From Octopus sinensis (Eukaryota), in the NCBI RefSeq assembly GCF_006345805.1, contig NC_042999.1, forward strand, positions 44,144,001-44,208,000: a DNA stretch of 64,000 nt. Direction: 5' to 3'. Both the position numbers and the translations under genes were made by a program. Below, piece after piece: positions 14,401 through 26,400 of the stretch (the first letter of the stretch is position 1; each line of letters begins with the position of its first letter). Below the pieces are notes generated by a model. The model was not told where the DNA came from. It did no database searches and worked only from the letters and a program-made list of their open reading frames with translations.

Positions 14401-17400
14401 TGTCCAGCAGGAAATGGTGGTATCATCTTTCTTGAACTTAAGAGACTACCAAGAAGTTTTGGATAGACTGCCTTGCAGTATTTTCCCCGACTACTTATAC
14501 CTTGAGTTCAAATCTGACTTTGGTCAGCCAACGTTGCCTTTTGTCTTTTACAATCAATAAAATCAGTTCCAATCCAGGGGCTGTGGATTGATGGGATTGA
14601 TAAAATGTCAGATTGGCAGCCTTGCAGTATCTGTTCATGTTCTCTGTGTTGTGACAGCAATACCTGTGACAAAACTACATAGACCCTAAGCAGCAACTTT
14701 TCCTTTGAACAATCTTCAGTAGCCTGGAGAGGAGAGGCTTGCATGCTCGGGAAGTTACTTGTCTCACACAGAAACACCTTAGGTCTGTGCATATGCGTAA
14801 AGATGCTTGGTCAACCTTGACTGACAGAACCTTAGAATGAATGGATTGATGAATAGGTAAGTCTTATATAGCAGTCTTAATATAGCTAGAACCAATGACA
14901 GCATGAAATGTGACCTGACTAGAGGTGAATTGAAAGGTAAAAGCAACATCAGTCAAGCAAAGAAGAAAACTGCCACATGCTCATTCAGCCTGCTAGAAAC
15001 TGCTGCTCAATCTCCTTCATGCCATACTTGATCATCTTTAAAAAAAAAAAGAAAGAAAGAGAAAACAAAAAAGAAATACTTATTGGATTAATGTAGTCCT
15101 TGAAAACCAGATAGGATTGTCTTTGATAATAGATTAGCAATAACAGAGGAAATGTGCTTTAAATAAGGACAACAGCAGTTGTAGTCAAAATGCTGCTGCC
15201 TTTCAGTCACTACCTCCTCTCACCACTACTTTTTATTCATTACATTTGACCTGTTGCATAGTACATGAAATCTAGCCCCCTTAATCAGCTATTTCCTGTT
15301 CCTGTACAAAAGGAATCACCTGTGCCTTTCAACAGGAAAACATTTTTTTTCCTTCCTTTTTTTTTTTTTTTCATGTAAATTATATTTAAGCATGACTTCC
15401 ACCCTGCTTTACCCTATTCACCCTCATTCTAACAAGGATTATAATTTTATCGCATTTATTTTGATGTTTTTAAATGCAATCTTACACGTGTAAATTTGTG
15501 TGTGCACTTACATGCATTTATCTAATCCAATTAACATTTATGCACCCACTTAAACACATATGCACACATGTGCACACACACACTTATATATGCATGGGCA
15601 TTCACATATCTGATCCCTATGTCTAATTATGGCTGTAAAAATGTGGATGGTTAAAAATATGTACAATATATCATCATCATCATATCACTTAACATCCACT
15701 TTCCCAATCTGGCATGGGTTGGCTGGAAACTTATTCATGGTGAGATTTTATAGCAAGATGCTCTTCTCTTATGTTTTTATATCTATATTCCCATTTACAC
15801 ATACATTTGCAGATACTGAGACATATACTCATAGGGAAACGCTCACACACAAACGTTCACAAGAATTTGTGCAATAATTTGTTTACAAGAATTTAGTGAT
15901 ATGTTATCCATCTATTTTTACCATATATGCATGACTCAATGAAGAAGCATCTACATAATTGCTCAGCCTGCTAGAAGTAGCTGCCAAATCTTTCTCAAAT
16001 CACATTGCATTGTCTTAGAAACAAACACCATAAATGATGTGGTGTTGGTTTTACAGCACATGGAATCATCACACCTGGATTACTTTTGGTCATAGGTTTG
16101 CTTAATCAAGGCTGGCTTAGGTGTCAATGATGATGTATACTCACCTGCTTGCTACCTTTAAAATGTTCAGCCACTATTTTTTCTTCTACATTCTAAATCT
16201 ATTCACTGCTAAGTAACTACCCAGTTGCCCACCAATTTGCTTCTTGTTTATGTCTTTACCTACATATATACACACACATACACACATGTCTGTGTCAGAC
16301 TGTCTGTCTGTACACAATCATGTCACCCTTTACACTGATGCTGACAAAACCTTTGTTTTTTTTTTTTTCTTCTACAGTGCTCCCGCTTAGCACCGTGTGA
16401 TGATAGTGACTCTGATCTGGATGACTTTTACCATGTTCTGGACGAATCTTCCAACCAACTGAAAGTCACAGATCATGCGTTACAAAAGAAAAAGAAAGAC
16501 ACAGGCTTGTATTTGAACACCGGCCGATATGTAAGTCTTGCCTATTATTATTATTATTATTTTTGTTGTTGTCGTTCTCCTTCTCCACCTCCTCCTCTTT
16601 TGCTGCCAACTTTGCCTTTCATCCTTTTGGAGTCAACAAAATAAGTACAGTTGAGCACAGAGGTCAAGAAAACTGGCTTTTCTCTCTCCCAAAATAGCTG
16701 GCCTTGTACCAAAATTTGAAACCAAAGTAAGTACTAGTTGAATGCAGGGGTCAATGTAATAGACTAGTCACCTCTCCTAAAATTGCTGACCTTGTGCCAA
16801 AATTGGAATCTTTTTTTTTTTATAGAAATACCTTGCAATATTCTTCCAGTTCTTTATGTCCAGAATCTAATTTCAAGAACAGTCAACTTCACCTTGGTGT
16901 GTGAGGGTAGGTTTAAAATATAGTACCCCAGCAAGTACTGGGGTTGATGGCATCAACTGACCTCCCTTTAACCAATTTGCAGGCCTTGTATCTTATTTAG
17001 AAATTATCAGATGGGTGATGGATAGGCTGAATCATAAGAGTATTGGAAGAAATATCTGATATTTGGTTCCAGTTCTTTAACCCTTTCATTACCAACCTGG
17101 CTGAAACCAGCTCTGGCTCTGAGTACAAATCTTCCGCCAAACCTTAGTCACAATTTGTTCCTAACACTAGCTGAATGATAACTAAGTTATTTTTTTCTAA
17201 ATTCTTTAGTTATATTTAAAGTAATTGAAAGAAATACTGAGCATCTCATAATAAATACGAGTGGTTTGTGGTAAGTAGCTTGCTTACCAACCACATGGTT
17301 CCGGGTTCAGTCCCACTGCGTGGCACCTTGGGCAAGTGTCTTCTACTATAGCCTTGGGCCAACCAAAGCCTTGTGAGTGGATTTGGTAGACGGAAACTGA

Positions 17401-20400
17401 AAGAAGCCCGTCGTATATATGTATGTATATGCGTGTGTGTGTTTGCGTGTTTGTCCCCTTAGCATTGCTTGACAACTGATACTGGTGTGTTTATGTCCCC
17501 GTTACTTAGCGGTTCGGCAAAAGAGACCGATAGAATAAGTACTGGGCTTACAAAAGAATAAGTCTCGATTAAAGGTGGTGCTCCAGCATGGCTGCAATCA
17601 AATGACTGAAACAAATAAAAGAGTAACAAAAAGGTTAATTCTGAATTCAAATCCCACCAAGGTCAATTTTGCCTTTCATTTGTCCAGAGACGTAAAAATA
17701 AAATACCACTAAAGCCCTGCAGTTGACAGTATCAACTAACCCTCTTCCTTCAGCTGCTGGCCTTGAGCCTAAGTTCTTTTCTTATTTTGGCACAAGGCCA
17801 GCCATTTTGAGAGGTGGGGAAGTTTACATTGATCACAATGCTTAACTGGTTCTTGATTTTTTGACCCCAAAAGGTTAAAAGGTACAGAAAGTGAATCTTA
17901 GCAGGATTTGAACTCAGAACATAGAGATGGATGAAATGCACTAATTTTGTCTGGCTTGCTAACAATTTTGCCAGCTCACCACCTTATTGCTTTGTACCTA
18001 TATTACAAAACTATTATTATTGGTAAGTAGCTTGCTTACCAACCACATGGTTCTGGTTCTGCATGGCACCTTGGGTAAGTGTCTTCTACTATAGCCTTCG
18101 GCCAACCAAAGCCTTCTGAGTGGATTTAGTAGATAGAAACCGAAAGAAGCCTGCCGTGTGTATATATATATAAATATATATGTATGTATGTTTGTGTATA
18201 TGTTTGCATGTCTGTGTTTGTCCCCGTAACTTAGTGGTTCAGCAAAAGAGACCGATAGAATAAGTACTAGGCTTACAAAGAATAAGTCCTTGGGTCGATT
18301 TGCTCGGCTAAAGGCAGTGCTCCAGCATGGCCACAGTCAAATGACTGAAACTTTAAACCAGAATATATACAGCATATGTAGTTTTTATGTAGAGGCTGGT
18401 TTCAGGAAGGGCATCCAGTCATAGAATACTGCCCTGAAAAATCTCATCCAACCCATGCCAGCATAGAAAAGTCAATATAAAAGCAATGATGATGATGATC
18501 ATCATCATATTTTGTAATGATAGTCAGCTGTCAAGAAATCTTGTCATATAGAGTTATATCCCTTTAAATTTTGTGTTTAAATTTCTCTAGCATCAAATTT
18601 ATCATTCATTCTTCAAGGGTTATTAAGTACCAGTTAAGTACTGGAATCAACCTTATTGACTGTACCTTCCAGATCTTGGGATGGTTATTCTGCCAAAATT
18701 ACATAATGATGATGATGAAATTATTGTGTACAGTGCAATTTATGAAATGTATATGTATAGTACATAGAATTATGTACAAATGTCAGGAAAGTGAACAGTG
18801 TATGAGTCATGATATACATGTGTGCATGCGTATGAAGGGGGTGATATCAGGTGTAGTGAATTTCAGGAAGCATGGAGGTTTTAAAGGATACAATATCTCT
18901 GCAGCTAACACCTGATGCAGATATAAATGAATATTAAAGTTCAATCTATCCTTGAGCTTTTAGAGTAGATTGTTGTCAGTTCAATTCTACTTCTATTTTG
19001 ACCTGATGGAAGAGGTAGTGGCTTCTTGTTTGTACTGAAATTTTGGGTTAGTTGCATTGTCTTTTCCTCAGAGACATAACAGAATGTCTGGAGAAAAGGC
19101 TACAAATTTGCAACCTTTGTGCTAGGAAGCCAGCGACTGATCCCTTTGATAATTGTATTTCCCCTCTAGTGAATAAAAATCGAATTCCATCCATTAGATG
19201 TCAGTATGTGTTTCTAAGCATTCACACAAGAATGTACACCAATGTTGAGAACAGAACTGTTCTTGTATGTATATGTGGGCCACAATTGTTGCACAGTACA
19301 ATTTATTTTACTCTTGTCTTTATTGCCTAGACATCTGCTGGCACCTGGCTCTGTGGTTAGAGCATCGGGCTCGTAATCATGAGGTAGTGAATTTGATTCC
19401 CAGTCCAGGTTGTGTGTTGTGTTCTCTTGAGCAAGACACTTTATTTCACCTTGCTTCAGTTCACTCAGCTGTAGAAATGAGTTGCAACTTGGATAACAAC
19501 GGTGGTGTGAAAAAGGGTTGGCCGATATGCATGGGCAACTGCCAGTCTTCCATAAACAACCTTGCCCAAACTTGTGCCTTGGAGGGTAACTTTCTAGATG
19601 CAACCCCATGATCATTCTTGACTGAAAGGAGTCTTTACTGTTTTAAACACCTGCCTAAATGCTTTCTCCTTTTATCTGTCTACCTAGTTATTTATCTTTT
19701 TCTATATTTATCCCTTTCTCTGCAGACTGAACTGCTGGCTACTTGTCAGACCAATATTAAGTGCCTAGAAGTCATCTACCAGCACCTGAACAGCGCCTCA
19801 CCTGTAAGCAAGGATGACTTGGACCGAATGCAAGGTAATAAAATTTCAAATTTAAATTATTCAAATTTTCCTTTTTTTCCATTTTCACAGGTATTTTTTA
19901 CTCACATTTTTCCTTCCAGTTTCTTCTCCCCTTCTCTCTCTCTCTCTCACACACACACACAGACATACACACTACAAATTAGAAAATTGACTTGACAAAC
20001 CTATAAAGGATGATTTTCAAAGCTTTAACTGTGAATAGTTGACAACTCTTTTATTTATAGACTCAAGTATTGAATACACTGGAGGTAATACTTGTTAAAG
20101 AAAGCATGATAGCAGGAACTGTAGATTCAACACTATGCAGTACTATGATGTCTAGTTTCAGTGCTTGGAGTTAATGTGATAAAAATCATTTCTTATGCAA
20201 ACATTAAAATAATTATCTTCTAGTGTACACTGTCAGTATTAACTATCACATGTATATCACCATCATTTTGCATCCATCTTCCACACTGACCTAGGCTAGA
20301 CAGTTCAGTAGGATACGACTGCTCTAAGTCCAACGTCTGCTTTGGCATGGATGCCTTCGTAATACTATTCAATTTACTGTATACTGTGTGCTTTTTTTTT

Positions 20401-23400
20401 CATGGCACTAGCACTAGTGGGGGTGCTGTGTAACTTAGAAGATTAAAACCCCTCACCTAAGTGGGAATGTAATAAAGGGTGAGTGGGAAGGAGAGTGAGA
20501 TATGGTTAGAGATGTGGTTGGAGGGGAATATAGTGAGTGATGAACAAGGGTGGATGCATGGTCAGTGGAAAAATTTGATGTGTGCAGAAAGGTGATAAGA
20601 AATAGAAGTGGCTGAGGGAGAGGAGAGGTGATGAGTGGTAGAACAGAAAGAGTGAAAAGTAGTAGAATATATTTAATGTATGTTTGTGCATGCATGTGCA
20701 AGCACAGCTGTGTGGTTCAGAATTTCACTTTGAAACCACTTGGTCAGGGGACTGGTCTCTCTGCATAAATACTGTTAGTTGGTATCATCTACTGTAGCCA
20801 TGAGTTGACCCAACACCTCATGATTGAATTGATTAACAGAAAAAGACAGAAGCCCATTTTTTATGTATGTATTTGTGTGTGAATGTGTGAGAGAGTTCAT
20901 ATTTTCCCTCGTCTTTGCAAGTATGTGTGCTGGCTGTAAATAAAAAGCATTGTCGTTCATGCAAAACATCATTTGTTTGTTGCCCTCTGCAAAATCCTGT
21001 CAAAGTTTTTCAATGTTCAACAGGCTGTGAGATTATTACCTTATTTGGAAATGGGTCAGACTTGATGCTAGAGAAGACATTTGGCCACAGAAAACTCTGC
21101 TTATTTTTTGACCTGTGTAAATATGGAAAAGTAGATATTAAAATTATATTTATGTACCATGCTGAAACACTCTTACTACTGTGGATAACGTGCTGCAAGA
21201 ACACAAATTCAAATATATGAATAAATGTAAAGTGACATTAAAAATATCAAATTTTTAATTTTTAGGAAAATGTTACAATAGATGCAGGCATGGCTGTCTG
21301 AATAGAGTGTTTGCTTCATAAACACTGGGCAGGTGTCTTTTAGAATAGTCTCAGGCTGTAAGTGGAATTGGTAAGCAGAAGTTGTATGGAAGCACTGTGT
21401 GTACGAATGTTTACAGTTCACTTTTTGTTGCTACCTGTGAAATAGTGACTTGATGTTTATTTTGCTTGTTGACATTATCATCAAATGTTACGTGTTCTCA
21501 AAGACCAGTGGAATGAAGTCTTTTATTTGAAACATTGATACGGGTCGGTGGCTAGAAGATTAAGACATAAAATGCAAGCTCAAAACAAGTTTCCATCCAA
21601 CTCATATTAGTGTGAGAAAGCTGACATAGAATTATAAAATATGAATGAAGTAGATGAAAGCTAATTTAATAAATAAAGAGGAATTAAACGAATTGGATGT
21701 AGATTTGTGTTATGAGCATTTATTGATTTGCATCATCAAACGTAATTAAGTTTTCTTTCACAAATATGATACTCTGAATTCAATCCTACAATCTGGTCTC
21801 CTCATGACTTCTGAGTGAAAATGTATTTTGGTGGCAACTCCTGAGTTGCCAAAATATAAAATTTTAAAAATCAAAGCCAATGTAATTGAAGTTGGATACT
21901 TACAGCATATATGTACCCTCTTTCCAGCTGTCTCTCGCAGAAATTAAAGATATTAGAATCTGATTCATTACTTGCATCCATTAATATATTTTTGGTATAT
22001 ATTGCATGTCTTGCGATCATGCAGCAATGTCACCGAGTTGTGTGTGTGTGTATGTTTATGTTTTAAGATTTATAAACAAGTTAAAAAGTAATCAATTTAT
22101 GTGATCTAATGTATTTATTCAATTCGAAACTAATGACTGGGTGGGTTCTCGGCTTCAGATGAACTTTATATATATAAAATCAGTAGTCAGTCAATCAGTT
22201 TAATCGCTTAGAAAGACCAGCAATTTCATTGGTTTTCAGTGTTGGCTGATACATATAATCTCTTATTCAGTGATACAAGATCACAGATTATTTATTCATT
22301 TATTTTAAAATTGCTATGCTAATGATGTGACTTCACTAAGTGAAATCATAAAAAAAGATTTACTGAGAGGCAAATTTTCGTTATTTCACTCTCATTCAAG
22401 CTTGCGTCCATCCTATCATCTTTTAAAGAATATTATCGCCAGACTTTCGTTATCTCATACATTCATTGATCTTTTTTTTAGATGGTAGGTTGATAATTAA
22501 GAGATTTGGTTGCTGTTTTTGGCAGTTTTAATAACTGTGCAGAAACATGTTTTACTCGTGGAAAATTATTTTAACTAAATTGGTCTAATTTATACTTTCA
22601 CACTCAAAATATGCTACCTTGGATAAGACTTGATTGGATGGTGACTTCTTAAATTTAAATTAAAGTGAATTATAGAGTAATTTTAGGGATGTATTTTATT
22701 ATCCAGTGCTTTAGTTGTCATCAAACTAATGCAGGTGATTAATTAATGACCACACAGGATTATAGATTCACTTTAGCAATGTTATTAAACACGTGTCACT
22801 TGAAGTCAGGTAAGTAGTTTAAATATTTCATATATTTATATTATCATAATTTTTATTTGTATGATTTTATTTTTTCCTCTTCTTTAATTTTTTGCCTCTC
22901 CTATATATCACAGGACCCACGGGACATATTTTCCCCGGTATCCACACAGCATATATGATACACATTCCCATTTCTTTTAACCACTAGACTATTTGAAATC
23001 ATAATTCTCCAGGTTATTGACCCCAACTGTATATTTACACTGCATATCAATTGGTTTGGATATTTGGTCACCTACAGGTTTCTTATTCCTGGTTATGTTC
23101 ATTGTTCCAGACTGAATTGAATATAGGAATCTTTATTTCTAAACCAATGGTAGTGTTGTCTTTATCCACTCTGTCACTGTAGCTTTACATTTATTTAGAA
23201 ATAAAAGTTCTGGATTCAGACTGTGCATCTGGGACCATAAACATAACCAGAAATAACATAACTGATGAGGATCAGAGACCAAACTGATTGAGACCTATTT
23301 TATATAAATATTGTAAACATGCAGGGTGATCCAGAAGTCCATTCAGCATTAATATAAATCAAGCAACAAATAACATCAGCTGAATTTCTTAATATTTGTC

Positions 23401-26400
23401 ATTAGTTTTAGCAATGGCTATTCCAGTTGTTCAATTACTGGAACTTATTTTCTCATTTAAGTGACTGGATATTCTACACCATTTTTCTCATCTGCCTGTT
23501 TTCAGTCAGAAAACTTGGTTGACCCATGACTGTGGTGAAAGCCATTTCCCAGAGTACTATTCTGTAAGATTGAACTTAAGACCTCATGATTGCAAAGTTA
23601 ATCATGCTTTAAACTATTTTTGATTTTTAAAAATTTATTTTTTGTTTGTTTAATCAAAAATAGAACTGTAAGACACCATTTTAGACATTATGTTCTTTCT
23701 CATTTTTCAGGATTGCTGTATCAGTGGGAGAAGTTGCGTGCCCTGGCAGTGGAGCGTCAGAGCCAGTGCCGAGAACTGTGCCAAATTAATGCAAGCCTCA
23801 TGACAGTTTACAACTGGCTACATGAGTTGTCAACCCTCATTAAAAAAGAACAGTTCAAAGGCTTAGCTGACGCACAACAAATCATCAAAATTACACAGGT
23901 CAGTCACTGGAATAAGTTAAAAAGAATTTTATTATCATTAATCTTGCAATAATTTTTATAAAACAATTTTTCATTGTGAAAGAAACCATTCTTGTCATCT
24001 AAAAACACAACTGTTTTCTAGTCATTGACTCAGTTTCACTTCAATCTTGAAGTAACAGTGACTAGGTCACTGACCTGTAACAAAAATTTTAACATTCAAG
24101 GAATAAATGGAAAGTAAATATAAATAGTGTTGTGTGCTTTAAATGGCTAAAATAGCTCTTCCATGATGTAATTTCTTCTGTCTGAATACGTGGTTTCAGA
24201 TCAAGTCACATAGTAGATTCCTTGACTTTTATTAAGCTTTTTCAGAAATATGAGAAGAGTTATTTTGATTTAACACAAAATGCTTTTGCTAGAGGAGAAA
24301 TTAGAATTGATTGATTTGTATGTGTGTAAAAACAACAAATTCCTCACTATTCACTCACAGAAAGTTACGTATTTAGTGTCTGTAGCTATTTCCATACCAT
24401 GATTTCATGCATCTTGCATTGTAGCCAACAGCTACAACAAAGCAAAACAGTAATGTCTTTACATTGGCTTATCAGAAAACTCATTTAAGAACTCATATCA
24501 GTATATTAGTCTATGCATAGTTTATCTTGTACAGAGTCAGCGCCATACAATAATAATTCCAAATAGTGCAGTTTATGTTTGACTGAGCAGTATCATATTA
24601 TAAACCACCCAACACCAATAATGAACAGAAAATTGGTGCTAATATTGAATTATAGTAGGCAACCTGAAATTTTTGCTATCTCAATTGGGACAACAAATAG
24701 AGCACTTGTGACATCATACACAACATGACATGCCACTGCTTTGTTTTTCACTTCATCTACAACATTCCACTATGTTCAAATTTCATGGGTACTGGCACAA
24801 AACAATGGTATGAAAGTAGCTAACGATTTGTGTGTGTATTGCATATATAGGTGCTGGTGTGGGTGTGTGGTAAGAAGTTTGCTTCCCAACCATGTAGTTC
24901 TATGTGGCACCTTGGGCAAGTGTCTTTGTACTATAGCCTCAAGCTGACCAAAACCTTGTGAGAAGATTTGGTAGACAGAAACTGAAAGAGGCCTATCATG
25001 TGAATGTGTGTGTATCACCGTTTGTCCTCCGCTACCACCTGACAACAATGTAACTTAGCAGTAAGACAAAAATACCAGGGTTTAAAAAATAGAATAAGTC
25101 CTGGAGTCAATTTCTGTAACTAAAATTCTTCAAGGTTGTGTCCCAGCATGGCTGCTATCTAATGACTGAAATAAGTAAACAATATATTTATACTTTCTAC
25201 TGTGTGTCTTAATTTCAAGTTATAGAGTTTTCCCTTTTAATACATATCTCAATGGGCATCTATGATGTTTTCCACTATAACCTTGTCGTTCACAACCTGG
25301 TTGGTGAAAGCCTGAAATTGAACTAATTTTCTTTTTAGCCTCAGGCATTTTCACGTGTTTCACCTGAAGAGCAAGCTACTTTCTCAGTTTTTCACTAATG
25401 ACTTTAATCTCATCATACTGGATTGATTAGCACAGCTATTCTAGATAATCCCTCACCGCTTCATTCAACCTATATTGTTTCAATGTTACTTGTGCTGCTG
25501 CTATTACTACTAATAATAATAAACAGTATTCATTTGTTTTATTTTTATCATTAATTCATTCATTATCAGAAGCATTATTGACTTTTTGGCTGTTGTTTTT
25601 GTTTTTAAATTTTACTTTTTATATGTCTTTTCAAAAAAGAAAGACATTTTATTTTTCTGAAACAATCATAGTAAATAGCTAATGTCTGTTTTATTCTTAC
25701 AGGAAAAGCAAGCCTTATTTGAAGAAAAAATGTCTACACTGAATGAATTAAAGGAATCAGTGCTCTCCTTTAAAGAGCAGCACCCAACCATAAGTGTTGA
25801 AGGTTTCCTCATGAAGATAGGGAAATGCATGACTGAGTTAAATTCTCTAAGAGACAAGTACGTTTTACTGCTTAATTTTACTTGACTCTAACGTTTGATT
25901 TTTTTCTTCAATTTTGACCGTTGCATCTCTGGAAAATATATTCTAATGATGATGGCCACTGTGATGATTATGACAATAAGAGCACTATCTCTTGATGCTG
26001 TTTAGAAGATGGAAGAGTACAATTTGAGAGAGATTTGTCAGCTTGATATTTTGAGTTAGGCAACATTGGGGGTAATAGAGTGACTTAAGTGTGAGATTGG
26101 CAATCCATATTCATGATCATAAATCACATTCCAGATAATATATTTCAATGTTTCCATTAATCAAACACCAATGTTTTACATTGCTTCTGTCTTGACTTCA
26201 CCTGAAAATTATTTAGTGCTAAGGTCAATCGTCTTTCAAAAGAATACAAGAATATATGTCAGTCTAAGTGGAGATGGAATACATGCAACTATAAATGTAA
26301 ACAATTGGTAGTTTATGCTGGAAATATATATATATATATGTGTGTGTAATATGTGTATATAAATATATATATTATGTGTATATAAATATGATTGTGAAAC

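Noticed and set aside
17259-17330. tRNA genes at SINE heads (also 19339, 38584, 57970)
   Set aside because: Only A/B-box-like motifs, no complete cloverleaf, and all continue into SINE bodies.
23081-23290. CTGATGA at 23262 beside a 26/31 inverted repeat (23081-23111 versus 23228-23258)
   Set aside because: The G of GAAA is missing, stem II is broken and there is no stem I; at best a fossil of the hammerhead fold-back class.
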